Below, piece by piece: positions 1-11,454 of a stretch of DNA of 51,452 nt. Numbering within the stretch: position 1 is the first letter of the stretch; every line of letters starts with the position of its first letter. Source of the stretch: Octopus bimaculoides (Eukaryota); NCBI RefSeq assembly GCF_001194135.2, contig NC_068984.1, positions 56,452,240 through 56,503,691 on the forward strand, read 5' to 3'. The notes under the pieces are model-generated. The model saw nothing but the letters and a program-made list of their open reading frames with translations. It ran no database searches and had not been told where the DNA came from. Both the position numbers and the translations under genes were made by a program.

Positions 1-139
1 CTGACGGCAGCAGTGTTTTGATGTCCATTGCTGACGGCAGCAGTGTTTTGATGTCCATTGCTGACGGCAGCAGTGTTTTGATGTCCATTGCTGACGGCAG
101 CAGTGTTTTGATGTCCATTGCTGACGGCAGCAGTGTTTT
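1..139. repeat. 30-bp tandem repeat (CTGACGGCAGCAGTGTTTTGATGTCCATTG) x4.6, probably continuing beyond the window start
   Basis: Four identical 30-mers, then a partial fifth, with no spacers. Confidence 0.95.
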
Positions 140-356
140 AATGTTGTGATTTTAGTTTTGATCACGTGACTTTGATTGTCTCGATTGCTGTTATTTGACT
201 GCAGTGCAACTGCGCAGAGTTCTGTTCTGTTTACAGCACAACGTGTTCAGTGTTAGTTTTTAGTTAATCAAGACTGTAGCAACTCTTTGCATAAAACTGT
301 TATTGCATTGAAGTTTAGTTTTGCTTACAATTTAACAATCTTTGTTTGTATTGTAG

Positions 357-1993
357 ACTAGCAGAGATACCCGGCATTGCCCATGTTACATGTAATTGAA
401 GAATTAGACTTTTCTGTTATATTTTCTGTAATGAACTGGAATACCTATGATTCGAATTTCATCAAAATTGCAGATGAAGGTTCTTTCCCTCTTTACACAC
501 CCTGAAAAAATTCTAATCATTATACATGTATCCCATACTACTGATTTTTATGCGCAGATTCCAAAATTCCAGTCTTTGCTCCTGAAAAATGGAGATCATG
601 GATCTCTAAAATGTGGGAGTTAAGGCCCCTATTGGGGGTGGGTGTCTTAATGTCAACCAGAGAAGTTGAATTGTTGAGAATCTTTTTAACTTGGGTCTTA
701 TATCTATTGTTCAAATTTCTTTGAAATAGGAAATATATGTATGTTCACTGGGTTTGTAAAAGAGAGCAAAGCTACAGGAAACCAAAAGACAAATGATCAC
801 AATAAGCAGTCAGCTACCCTACCCTAGTCGTTACCACTCCCAATGTAGAATTCCTCACCATATAGGTGACAGGCACAGCCGTAAGATGCATTACAGATCT
901 ATAGCAATTGGAAGGGCATGACCCAACTTAAATAAATATTAACAACTGTGTGATGTGAGAGCTATGGGGAAATAAAAGTGTCACCTCTGGAGTTTGCAAA
1001 TGACCACTATACTGATAGGCAACTGGACAGAATAAATTTACAATCTATAAATGTCTTTGAATAACCAGTCACAGCTGGGGACTATGTGTGACCCAGTGAT
1101 AATAAAAAGACTCAAAGGAGGTCTGCAACCAAATAACTTTACTCAACACTTTGCAACTGAATCAGTGGAGGCAAAGATGCCTCTCATTTACTCGACAATT
1201 TATGCACCACATTGCAGAAATCACAATATAAGTATATCTCAAAGCAAACTCTTACACTGTTGTACTATTGAATTACAAATAACGCTCATCTTTTATGCTC
1301 GAGTGATATTACAGCTTCCAAGAGTACAACTGTTTTCGTTTTTGCTTAGATAAAATGACTAAATTGTAGGAGTTAAGTCCCCATGAAGGGATCTTTCTAA
1401 CTTCTAAGAAGACGAAATTTTAGAAAAATTACTTCATTTGTGTCTAATATCTATGGTTAAAATTTCATTAACAGCCAAAATATATGAATTTTCATGGGGG
1501 TTATGGCGCTTATGTATAGAATATAATTTCCAAATTTCATGAAAATCCATTCAGTACTTTTGACCTAGCTTTGGATCATCAAAAAATGACTAAAATTTGG
1601 GAGTTAAAGCCCCCATTAGGGGTCTTAGAATCTTCATGAGAAGTAGAAACTTTGAGAATACTTCTTGATGTGAATCAATTACCCATGGTTGAAATGTCAT
1701 CAACATCAAAAATTTATGAATTTTCATGGGGGTTCTGCCCCCTTTAAACCATCTCAAATTCAAACCAAACATATTGCATTATACCTGCCCTTATGCATTG
1801 AATCTAATTTTCAAATATCATAAGGATCCATTCAGTAATTTTGGTCCATGAAATTGTATGAAACATACAGCATTACCCTTTTCCCTTGGCTTGGATTTTG
1901 TGTTCCAAATTTCATTAGGATCGGTGCAGTAGTTTTCGAATGTATAAGTAACATACAAACACACATAAAGACATTGACTTTTATATAATAGAT
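357..1993 (+). mobile_element. Non-autonomous Helentron/DINE-1-like element (tentative)
   Basis: Starts CTAGCAGAGATACCCGGCATTGCCC, similar to the start at 43056. Ends ACATACAAAC...CATTGACTTTTATATAATAGAT into a microsatellite. Internal ~30-bp motif AAA(A/T)TGTGGGAGTTAAG..CCC is repeated near 608, 1362 and 1594. Confidence 0.4.
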
Positions 1994-2904
1994 ATGAATA
2001 TACACATATACATACAATGTATACGTGTGTGTGTGTATGTATTTTATATANNNNNNNNNNNNNNNNNNNNNNNNNNNNNNNNNNNNNNNNNNNNNNNNNN
2101 NNNNNNNNNNNNNNNNNNNNNNNNNNNNNNNNNNNNNNNNNNNNNNNNNNNNNNNNNNNNNNNNNNNNNNNNNNNNNNNNNNNNNNNNNNNNNNNNNNNN
2201 NNNNNNNNNNNNNNNNNNNNNNNNNNNNNNNNNNNNNNNNNNNNNNNNNNNNNNNNNNNNNNNNNNNNNNNNNNNNNNNNNNNNNNNNNNNNNNNNNNNN
2301 NNNNNNNNNNNNNNNNNNNNNNNNNNNNNNNNNNNNNNNNNNNNNNNNNNNNNNNNNNNNNNNNNNNNNNNNNNNNNNNNNNNNNNNNNNNNNNNNNNNN
2401 NNNNNNNNNNNNNNNNNNNNNNNNNNNNNNNNNNNNNNNNNNNNNNNNNNNNNNNNNNNNNNNNNNNNNNNNNNNNNNNNNNNNNNNNNNNNNNNNNNNN
2501 NNNNNNNNNNNNNNNNNNNNNNNNNNNNNNNATATATATATATATATATATATACGATTGATTTCTTTCAGTTTCTGTCTATGAAATCCACTCACAAGGC
2601 TTTGGTTGTTCTGAGGCTATAGCAGAAGACACATGCCAAGTCACCACACAGTGGGACTGAACCCAGGACCACGTGTTTTGGAACCAAGTTTCTTGCCACA
2701 CCTGCACCTATGTATGTGTGTATGCGTGTGTGTATATATATATATATGTGTGTGTGTATATATGTGTACATCTATATATATATATACATCTACACATATA
2801 CATGTATACATATACATTTGTATCTATATATATACATCTATACATATACAGCTATACATATACATGTATATATATATATATGTATACATGTATATATATA
2901 CATG

Positions 2905-2938
<34 letters not shown>

Positions 2939-2988
2939 CATGTGTATGTATATATATACATGTGTATGTATATATATACATGTGTATG

Positions 2989-3036
<48 letters not shown>

Positions 3037-3070
3037 ATATATATATGTATGTATGTATATNNNNNNNNNN

Positions 3071-3104
<34 letters not shown>

Positions 3105-3140
3105 ATATATATATGTATGTATGTATATATGCCTGTATAT
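1990..3140. repeat. (TA)n/(TG)n compound microsatellite region with N gaps (2051-2530, 3061-3070) and an embedded SINE fragment (2553-2705)
   Basis: Directly visible; explains the YIYI and X-rich ORFs. Confidence 0.95.
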
Positions 3141-3525
3141 ATGTGAGATAATAGTTTCACCTTAATAGTTTCAGTATTAAAGTGAAAATATCTGACATTA
3201 CAATAGAGAGATGTTATTGTTTCAGTTTTGACACGTAATACTGAAATAGTGAAGATATGATATTTCTCTGGGCTCGCACTAGGCAAGAAGTTAAACATTT
3301 TTTTTGGCCTATGACCCTAAGTAAGGCATGTGTAAAATTGGAATGAAATTGGTTGTGTAGTTCTCAAGTTTTAGGGATTCACACAGACACACAGACAGAC
3401 ATTCTCATCTTTATATATATATAGCTTACTGTATTTTTATTTGATTAAAGCCTTTTAAACTTAGATATTCCAGTTTGGGTTTATAACAGTTTAATCAACT
3501 AATAATAGCTAGAGAGAGAGAGTGA

Positions 3526-5523
3526 ATGGACAGCAAATTTATAAAACCAAATTTGTTCACTGCTGATTCAAGTTCAAGTCAAGCTTCAAAAGAATGGAAA
3601 TATTGGTTCAGAACTTTTATAAATTTTTTGGAATCATTTCCTGCTGAACTGCCTATCACTGATGAAAGCAAGCTTAGGTGTTTAATAGTGCACATAGAAA
3701 AGACGTTTATGAACTTATAAGTGAATGTGAGAATTACGAAGAAGCAATTCAAACTCTGGAGAGACTACATGAAACCCTTAAACATTATTTTTGTGAGACA
3801 CCTTTTGATGACATGCAAACAAGAACCAGGTCAATCAGCTGATGATTATTTACAGAAATTGAAACAACTAGCTAAAGATTGCAGGTACAAAGCAGTGGAT
3901 GCTGAGACTCACAAAAATGAAGCTGTTTGTGACGCATTTATCTCAGGATTAACGTCATCTTCAACTCGCCTTAGATTTTTAGAAAATGTTCAAGACACAG
4001 CAATATTAAACCAATCTCACACGCTGAAAGTTGCTCAAAGGAATTCCGAAGTGTATAATAGCAGTCAGACTGCTATAAACAGCTAGGGAAGCTGTTTGTC
4101 AACGTTTATTCCATGTGAAGAAGACAAAATCTCAATTCCTGATGGAAACACAGCTTGTGCAGCAACAAAACGTACTCAAAAATCTTGCACCTTTTGCTGT
4201 TCTAATGATTTTCATGCAAGGTTTAAGTGTCCTGCTAGGCAGAGCAAGTGTTACAAATGTGGATATTTTGGTCATTTTGCTAAAGAATGCCGGTCAAGTA
4301 ACCACAAAAATTTTGATAAGACATCAGTAGCTCTTGATGGCAACTTCGCCGTGGTTTTATGTCAAGGTGGAGCTGCTACTAAACTTAATTATACAATAAC
4401 AGTCGATGGCTTGAAAGCATTTGCTTTGATTGATACCAGCTATACTATGAATCATATTAGCAAAGGCTTTGCAAAAAAAAACAAATTTGTGGTTTAAGTC
4501 CGAAAGGAATGAAATTAACATGGCTGTCAATGGAAATTGTTCCCAAAGCGACGGTTATTGTATGAGTTCAATTGAACTTCAAAAAAGAATTTACGAGCAA
4601 GTAATGTTGGTGGTACTTGGTAATTTGTTTGTAGATATAATTATAGGACAAAATTTCTTAAAACAGCATCAACATGTACAAATTACCTTTGACGGCGACA
4701 AGCCCCCGTTACATTTGGGAGCTCTTTGCATTAAAAGTGACATTACACCGAGGTTGTTTGAAAATTTAAACTCTGACTGTAAACCCATAGTTACAAAATC
4801 GAGAAGACAGTCCGCCAATAATGAAAAATCTATTGCTGATACTATAAGCCAAGATCTGGCAGGGATAATTGAACCCAGTGTTTCTCCTTGGTGAGCCCAG
4901 GTATTAGTAATATCAGGAGAAAATCATCACAAGAGACTATGTATTGATTTTAGTGAGACTATAAATAAGTTAACACAATTAGATGATATCCACTGCCAAA
5001 CATGCTTGACATGGTCACAAAAATAGCTCAATTTAATTATTTTAGCACACTGGATCTCAAAAGTGCATATCATCAAGTTGAGATTCCACTTGAAGATCGA
5101 CCTTACACAGCTTTTGAAGCACAGGGAAAATAGTATCAAAGCAGATGTATTGCTTTCAGACTTACAAATGCAGTGCCCTGTTTCCAGAGAGTGATTGATA
5201 ATATAATCGAGAGCCATAATTGTAGAGCTACTTTTGCATATATTGACAACATAACTATGTGTGGTAAATCGAAGGAAGAACATGATCAAAGTTTAAAACA
5301 TTTTCTTCAAGTTGCTAAAGACTGTAATCTAACTTTTAATGATGCCAAATGCATTTACAGCACTACACTGATTCGATTGCTTGGCTATGAAACTGACCGG
5401 GTAAAACCCTTACTAGAACTACCTATTCCTAGTACCCACAAAGCATTGAGTCGAATTGTTGGTCTATTTGCATATTATTCCAAATGGATTCCAAAATTCT
5501 CTGACAAGATAAAACCGCCATCC
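3526..5523 (+). mobile_element. Degenerate Ty3/Gypsy LTR retrotransposon gag-pol remnant (gag, CCHC zinc knuckle, aspartic protease, RT; truncated before RNase H)
   Basis: Consecutive broken ORFs: gag-like QEPGQSADDYLQKLKQLAKDC, knuckle CYKCGYFGHFAKEC, protease ALIDTS, RT IIEPSVSPW, TLDLKSAYHQ and FQRVIDN...FAYIDN. Multiple stops and frameshifts. Confidence 0.9.
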
Positions 5524-5649
5524 TAACACCAACCACCCCAAGAGTGTAATGGGTGCTTTTTACGTGCCACCGGAACAAGGGCCAGTCAGGTGGTTCAGGC
5601 ATCATCAACCATGCTCAAATGGTGCTTTTTACGTGTCACTGGCACAACG

Positions 5650-5670
5650 CGCGTGCGCGTGCGCGCACGC

Positions 5671-5760
<90 letters not shown>
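5650..5760. repeat. (GC)/(CA)n microsatellite
   Basis: Long (CA)n run; source of the HTHT/TRTH ORFs. Confidence 0.95.
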
Positions 5761-5762
<2 letters not shown>

Positions 5763-5792
5763 TCTCTCTCTCATTCATTCATTCATGTTTTC

Positions 5793-6215
5793 TCTTGATT
5801 CAGTCATTAAACTGCAGCCATTACTAAGGCACAACCTTGAATTGTAGTCAAACAAATCAACTCCAGTACTTATTTTTTTGTAAAACCTCGCACTTACTTT
5901 ATCAGACTCATATGTCAAACTGCTAAGTTACAGGGATGTAAACATACCAACAGCAGTTATCAAGCAATGGTGAAGGACAAGCACATACACAAAGACATGC
6001 ACACATATAGATATAAGATATATCTATGACGGGCTTCTTTCAGTTTCCATCTACCAGATCCACTCACAAGCCTTTGGTTGTCAAGGCCACACAGTAGGAC
6101 TGAACACGAAGTCATGTGGTTGGGGAGCAAACTTCTTTCAGTTTCCATCCTCCGTATCCATTCACAAAGGCTTTGACCAACCTGGGTCTATAGTAGAAGA
6201 CACTTGCTCAAGTCT
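5793..6215 (-). mobile_element. Abundant tRNA-headed SINE family copy; further copies at about 2553-2705, 13065-13210, 18590-18990, 21965-22310, 28860-29230, 31150-31410, 35420-35735 and 43420-43720
   Basis: Shared core GGGCTTCTTTCAGTTTCC.TCTACCA.ATCCACTCACAAGGCTTTGG...ATAGTAGAAGACACTTGC recurs across the window in both orientations. Confidence 0.8.
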
Positions 6216-6802
6216 CTTCCTCTAATTCATTTTATTTTCTTTACGATATAATCATTAGAGCTTTGGACAAAATGCCTTGTGGTATTTCTTCTGATGTTTT
6301 ATATTCCAAATTCAAACCATGCCGAAGTTAATTTTGCTTTCATTTTTTTAGGACGATTAAATAATGTACCACTTAAGTACAAGGTCAATAGTATCAACTA
6401 ATACCCACCTCCATCAGTGGTTAAAAAATATAGAATTTTCTCTTTAATATGGAGCTTGTAATCTTAGTAAATATAAAATTAATATTTTAATTTACCTATT
6501 TTAATGTGATACCTTTTTTTTTTACTATGACATCATTAGTACTATCTTCCTTTTTGTCATCATCATCATCAAGAATACTTTTACATAATATAAATTGGTT
6601 TTTTTTATTTTGATATGAATAAATCTCAACTTAATCACTGCATTCAGTTATTCCCAGCTCTGACTGACAAGTTTAAAATATTTGCATAACTGTTCCCCTA
6701 CCCCTAATGGCTTTCCAATAAAACAAAATGTTTAAAAAAAAAAATTAGAAAAAGAAAAAATCTGCAAAAGCAGATAGAGAGAACAGGAATATAATATATA
6801 TG

Positions 6803-6833
<31 letters not shown>

Positions 6834-7055
6834 AACTGCCTGTTAACTTTCTCATCATTATTGTATTTTATATTAGACCTTTTAGCCTTTATGACATTTG
6901 ATGAATAGTATATTTAGCAGTAGAGATTGGCAGCTGTTTACCTCCCCTCTGTCACATCTTCAGCTGCAGATGGTGATATAAAATAGAAATATATATGTAT
7001 ATAAAACAAAAATCTTTTAAAAATTGATGTCTATTTTCATTTGTTTCTCTCATAG

Positions 7056-7167
7056 ACAACACACAGCAGATAAACTTCAATAAGTAGCACGAAATAGCAA
7101 ATAACACTGGCTCTCAGAGCAGTGAAGGACTTCCTTTCTAATGCCTAGCTACTACATAGGCAAAGAA
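7056..7167 (+). other. Probable 5'UTR exon of the type I receptor gene
   Basis: Acceptor ttttcatttgtttctctcatAG and donor GTAAGT at 7168; unique, non-repeat sequence; no long ORF. Linkage to the receptor gene is inferred from position. Confidence 0.5.
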
Positions 7168-8205
7168 GTAAGTGCTTTTAACTTCTCTTGTTTTTCTCCT
7201 TGCTTCAGTTTAAATTATTGTTATTCAAAATATAGAATAAATAAACTACTTAAGGCTTTTGATAATAGAATAATAGAAGTACACATTCAGCAACTTATTT
7301 TCAAAATATTATTTCTCACATTTTTTTCTCCTAAATATGATGTAAAAAAAATATTTAATGTAGTGTTGATAATATTCTTTGTTATTACCAAGTGTTACTG
7401 ATCTCTGATGTATACACTCATACATTGGGATATATATATATATATATATATATATCTGTGTATATATATTTATATATTTCACTAAACTAGGATGCAATCT
7501 GTTTGTGTATGTGTTCACCTAAGCATCTGTCTCCCACTATCTATTTCAATCTTTTCTTTTTTTATGTGTCTATCCATCTTTACCTTATTCACAACTATGC
7601 AATTCATTGACTTATGCATATGCATCTGAACTCGCATGGACTTGTATCTGCATTTGTGTACCTACATACAAACATGTATCTACATTCACACACATATATT
7701 AATCATATAGTTATCTATTTATCTTGTTGTGTTTGGGGAGAGTCACATTGTCTTAATACCTTATTATCTAACACATTCACCTGTTCGATTTCCACTTATT
7801 TATTATTTATATATATATATATATNNNNNNNNNNNNNNNNNNNNNNNNNNNNNNNNNNNNNNNNNNNNNNNNNNNNNNNNNNNNNNNNNNNNNNNNNNNN
7901 NNNNNNNNNNNNNNNNNNNNNNNNNNNNNNNNNNNNNNNNNNNNNNNNNNNNNNNNNNNNNNNNNNNNNNNNNNNNNNNNNNNNNNNNNNNNNNNNNNNN
8001 NNNNNNNNNNNNNNNNNNNNNNNNNNNNNNNNNNNNNNNNNNNNNNNNNNNNNNNNNNNNNNNNNNNNNNNNNNNNNNNNNNNNNNNNNNNNNNNNNNNN
8101 NNNNNNNNNNNNNNNNNNNNNNNNNNNNNNNNNNNNNNNNNNNNNNNNNNNNNNNNNNNNNNNNNNNNNNNNNNNNNNNNNNNNNNNNNNNNNNNNNNNN
8201 NNNNN

Positions 8206-8246
<41 letters not shown>

Positions 8247-8375
8247 TACAGAGAAAGTTATAGCCTAATTAATTAGGAACAGAATTAGTCTAAATGAAAA
8301 TGCAGTTTGGCTTTGTGCTGACACTATTTTCTTAGCCAGGCAACTGCAAAAGAAGTATTTGACTGAGAATAAGTT

Positions 8376-9060
8376 GGAGTAAAGATTGTTTGCTAACATA
8401 ACATGGCAGTCCTGGTTTAGGACGAATGTTGCTATAATTTAGCCCTAGGAGACATCATCTCCAGCTGGCTATACGACATGGTCTGTGTCCTTATATTTTT
8501 GAACAAGGGAATCTAGCACCCCCACTCAGCTCAAAACAATATCTATGTATTGCGATTTCCGGGTTATTTCCCTTCATCAGCACAGAATAATTGCTCAGCT
8601 AGAAGTGGCGCTGCCAAATTCCCGTTCGAAATTCTCGTTTTCAAAGTAACAACTAGTCACCGATCTATAAATTAGAAAATTACTATTTGTAAATCTCACA
8701 ACAAGAGATATTCAGCAACAGTACTTTGGAGTAAAGTTTGTTTGCCAACATAACATGGCAGTCCTGGTTTAGGATGAATGTTGCTGTAATTTACTCTGTG
8801 CTGATGAAAGGAAATAACCTGGAAATCACGATACACAGATATTGTTTTGAGCTGAGTGGAGGTGCTAGATTCCATTGTTCGAAAATATAAGAACACAGAC
8901 CGTGTTGTATAGCCAACTGGAGACGATGTCTCCTAGGGCTAAATTACAGCAACATTCATTCTAAACCAGGACTGCCATGTTATGTTGGCAGACAATCTTT
9001 ACTCCAAAGTACTGTTGCTGAATGTCTCTCATTGTGAGATTTACAAATAGTAATTTTCTA
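8376..9060. mobile_element. Composite fold-back/MITE-like insertion flanked by a 10-bp direct repeat (AGAATAAGTT)
   Basis: AGAATAAGTT at 8366-8375 and 9061-9070. Segment 8376-8585 is the inverse of 8794-9008, and 8673-8793 is the inverse of 8941-9060. Confidence 0.75.
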
Positions 9061-9536
9061 AGAATAAGTTGTTGTACTTGGCATTTGTTGATCTGGAGAA
9101 TGTCTTCAACAGGGTACCTCTGTAAAGAGTACACTCTATAAAGGGGTTGGTGTTAGAAAGGCTATCCAGTTGTAGAAACCATGGCAAAACAGACAATGGA
9201 ACCTGGTATGGCTTTTAGCTTTGCCAGTTCCTGTCAAACTATCCAACTCATGCCAGTATGAAAAACAGATGTTAAATAACGACGATGTGTGTGTGTGTAA
9301 AATTAAAATCAACATCACTATCAACCTATTTCACTTTATACTTCACTGAGGTGATCTAAGGAGACTGAAATATATCCATTGCTTTCACCTGTTGACTAAA
9401 TGACGAAATCCATTCGAATTTGTATTATCTTTTACTTGTTTCACTTATAGGACTGCAGCCATGCTAAGGCACTGCCTTGAAGGGTTTAGTCAAACAGATT
9501 GACCTCAGTATTTATTTTTAAGTCTGGTACTAGCTA

Positions 9537-9922
9537 CCGTGGAGGCGCAATGGCCCAGTGGTTAGGGCAGCAGACTGGTGGTCATAGGATCGCGGTTTCG
9601 ATTCCCAGACCGGGCGTTGTGAGCGTTTATTGAGTGAAAACACCTAAAGCTCCACGAGGCTCCGGCAGGGGATGGTGGCGAACCCTGCTGTACTCTTCCA
9701 CCACAACTTTCTCTCACTCTTACTTCCTGTTTCTGTTGTGCTTGTAATTCAAAGGGTCAGCCTTGTCACACTGTGTCACGCTGAATATCCCCGAGAACTA
9801 CGTTAAGGGTACATGTGTCTGTGGAGTGCTCAGCCACTTGCACGTTAATTTCACGAGCAGGCTGTTCTGTTGATCGGATCAACTGGAACCCTTGTCGTAA
9901 GCGACGGAGTGCCAACAAACAA
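9537..9922 (+). mobile_element. Full-length tRNA-derived SINE with 8-bp TSD, nested in an older SINE
   Basis: A box TGGCCCAGTGG, B box GGTTTCGATTCC, (AACA)n tail, TSD ACTAGCTA at 9529-9536 and 9923-9930. Confidence 0.85.
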
Positions 9923-10136
9923 ACTAGCTAACAGGTAACATTTGAAAGTTACAACAATACAAGGAAGTATATTATATCAGTGACTAGCTTAAAAGCTGCA
10001 CTCCATGCAGACTTAAGCTAGCTCCTGCAGAGGGTTAATTGGGCCTGCAGCCCAAAACTAAAGAGAACAAAATAGCATGACTATAATACATCTATAATGA
10101 CTTATGCCCATGTGGTGCTTGATCAGAGGTTAAAGA

Positions 10137-11454
10137 CTCCTGTTCCGGTGGCACATAAAATGCATAAAATGATCGATGCCAGGCCCGCCTGACTGGCTCC
10201 TGTGCCAGTGGCACATGAAAAGCACCCATTACACTTTTGGAATGGTTGGTGTTAGGAAGGGCATCCAGTTGTAGAAACATTGCCAGATCAGACTGGAGCC
10301 TGATGCAGCTGCTGGCTCTCCAGACCTCAGGGTTGGACGATTTGACTGAGGTCTGGAGATCCAACAGCTGCATCAGGCTCCAATCTGATCTGGCAATGTT
10401 TCTACAACTGGATGCCTTTCCTAACGCCAACCACTCCAAGAGTGTAATGGGTGCTTTTTACATGTCACCAGCATGGGAGCCAGTCAGGGGACATTGGCAT
10501 CGACCACATTCAGCTGATGCATTTTATGTGTCACCAGAACGGGAGCCAGTCAGGGGGCACTGGCCACAGCTGTGATTTTGGTTTTACTTGACTCAACAGG
10601 TCTTCTCCAGTGTATCATATCACACTGGCATTGACCATGGCTGTGATCTCATTTTAGTTGCCGGGTCTTCTCAATCACAGCATAACTCCAAAGGTCTGTG
10701 TCTCCTGTCATTGCCTCTGTGAGGCCCAATGTTCAAAGGTCATGTGCCACCACCTCATCCCATGTCTTCCTGGCTCTGCTTCTTCCACAGGTAGGGTGTA
10801 GCACTTCCTCACACAGCTGTCCTCATCCATGCTAACACATGACCATACCGGCGTAGTCGTCTCTCTTGCACACCACATTTGATGCTTCTAATGTCCAACT
10901 TTTCTCTCAGGGCGTGGATGCACACTGGCATTACACATCCAGCAGATCATTCTAGCTTCATTTCTTTCAAGCCTACGCATGTCTTCAGCAGTCATGGCCC
11001 ATGTTTCACTGTTGTGTAGCATGGCAGGTCGCACACATGCATCATACAGTCTATCTTTCATTCTGAGTGGGAGGCCCTTAGTTGCCAGCAGAGGTAGGAG
11101 CTCCCTGAACATTGCCCGGCCTATTCTTATTCTAGCCGCTACACTCTCAGAGCAACCACCCCCGCTACAGACTTGGTTGCCTCGGTAGCGGAAGCTATCA
11201 ACTACTTCTAGTTTTTCACCCTGGCATGTAATGGAATCTGTTTTCTGTACATCTTCAGTGTTTATTGCTCCGGTGCATCTGCCACACGCAAAAACTATCT
11301 TCCCAGTTAACCTTCCTTTGATATTGCTGCACCTTTTATGTTTCCATAGCTTATACTGGGTACATTGTATGGAGTTTCTACCCATGCCTTTTCTACATAT
11401 ATGTACATACACACACATAGAGATACATACATATCTTTTACATGTTTCAGCCAT
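10137..11454 (-). mobile_element. RTE-clade LINE 3' fragment (RT C-terminus, ORF end, 3'UTR) whose 3' end is an inverted duplication
   Basis: ORF 10888-11454: LEVVDSFRYRG...ARIRIGRAMFRELLPLL...RLYDACVRPAMLHNSETW, typical of the RTE post-RT region. The 3'UTR matches other copies in the window. Confidence 0.9.

Noticed and set aside
1-139. 30-bp repeats as a CRISPR array
   Set aside because: Head-to-tail copies with no spacers, no cas genes, eukaryotic context.
1994-3298. Long ORFs rich in Y/I/C/V/X (also 7614-8268, 12011-12471, 37882-38677, 40024-40815)
   Set aside because: Translations of microsatellites and N gaps.
9541-9615. tRNA gene
   Set aside because: A and B boxes are the head of a SINE with body, tail and TSD; no convincing cloverleaf.
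10092-10575. Pair of similar ORFs on opposite strands as duplicated genes
   Set aside because: They are the two arms of a non-coding inverted repeat of LINE 3'UTR.
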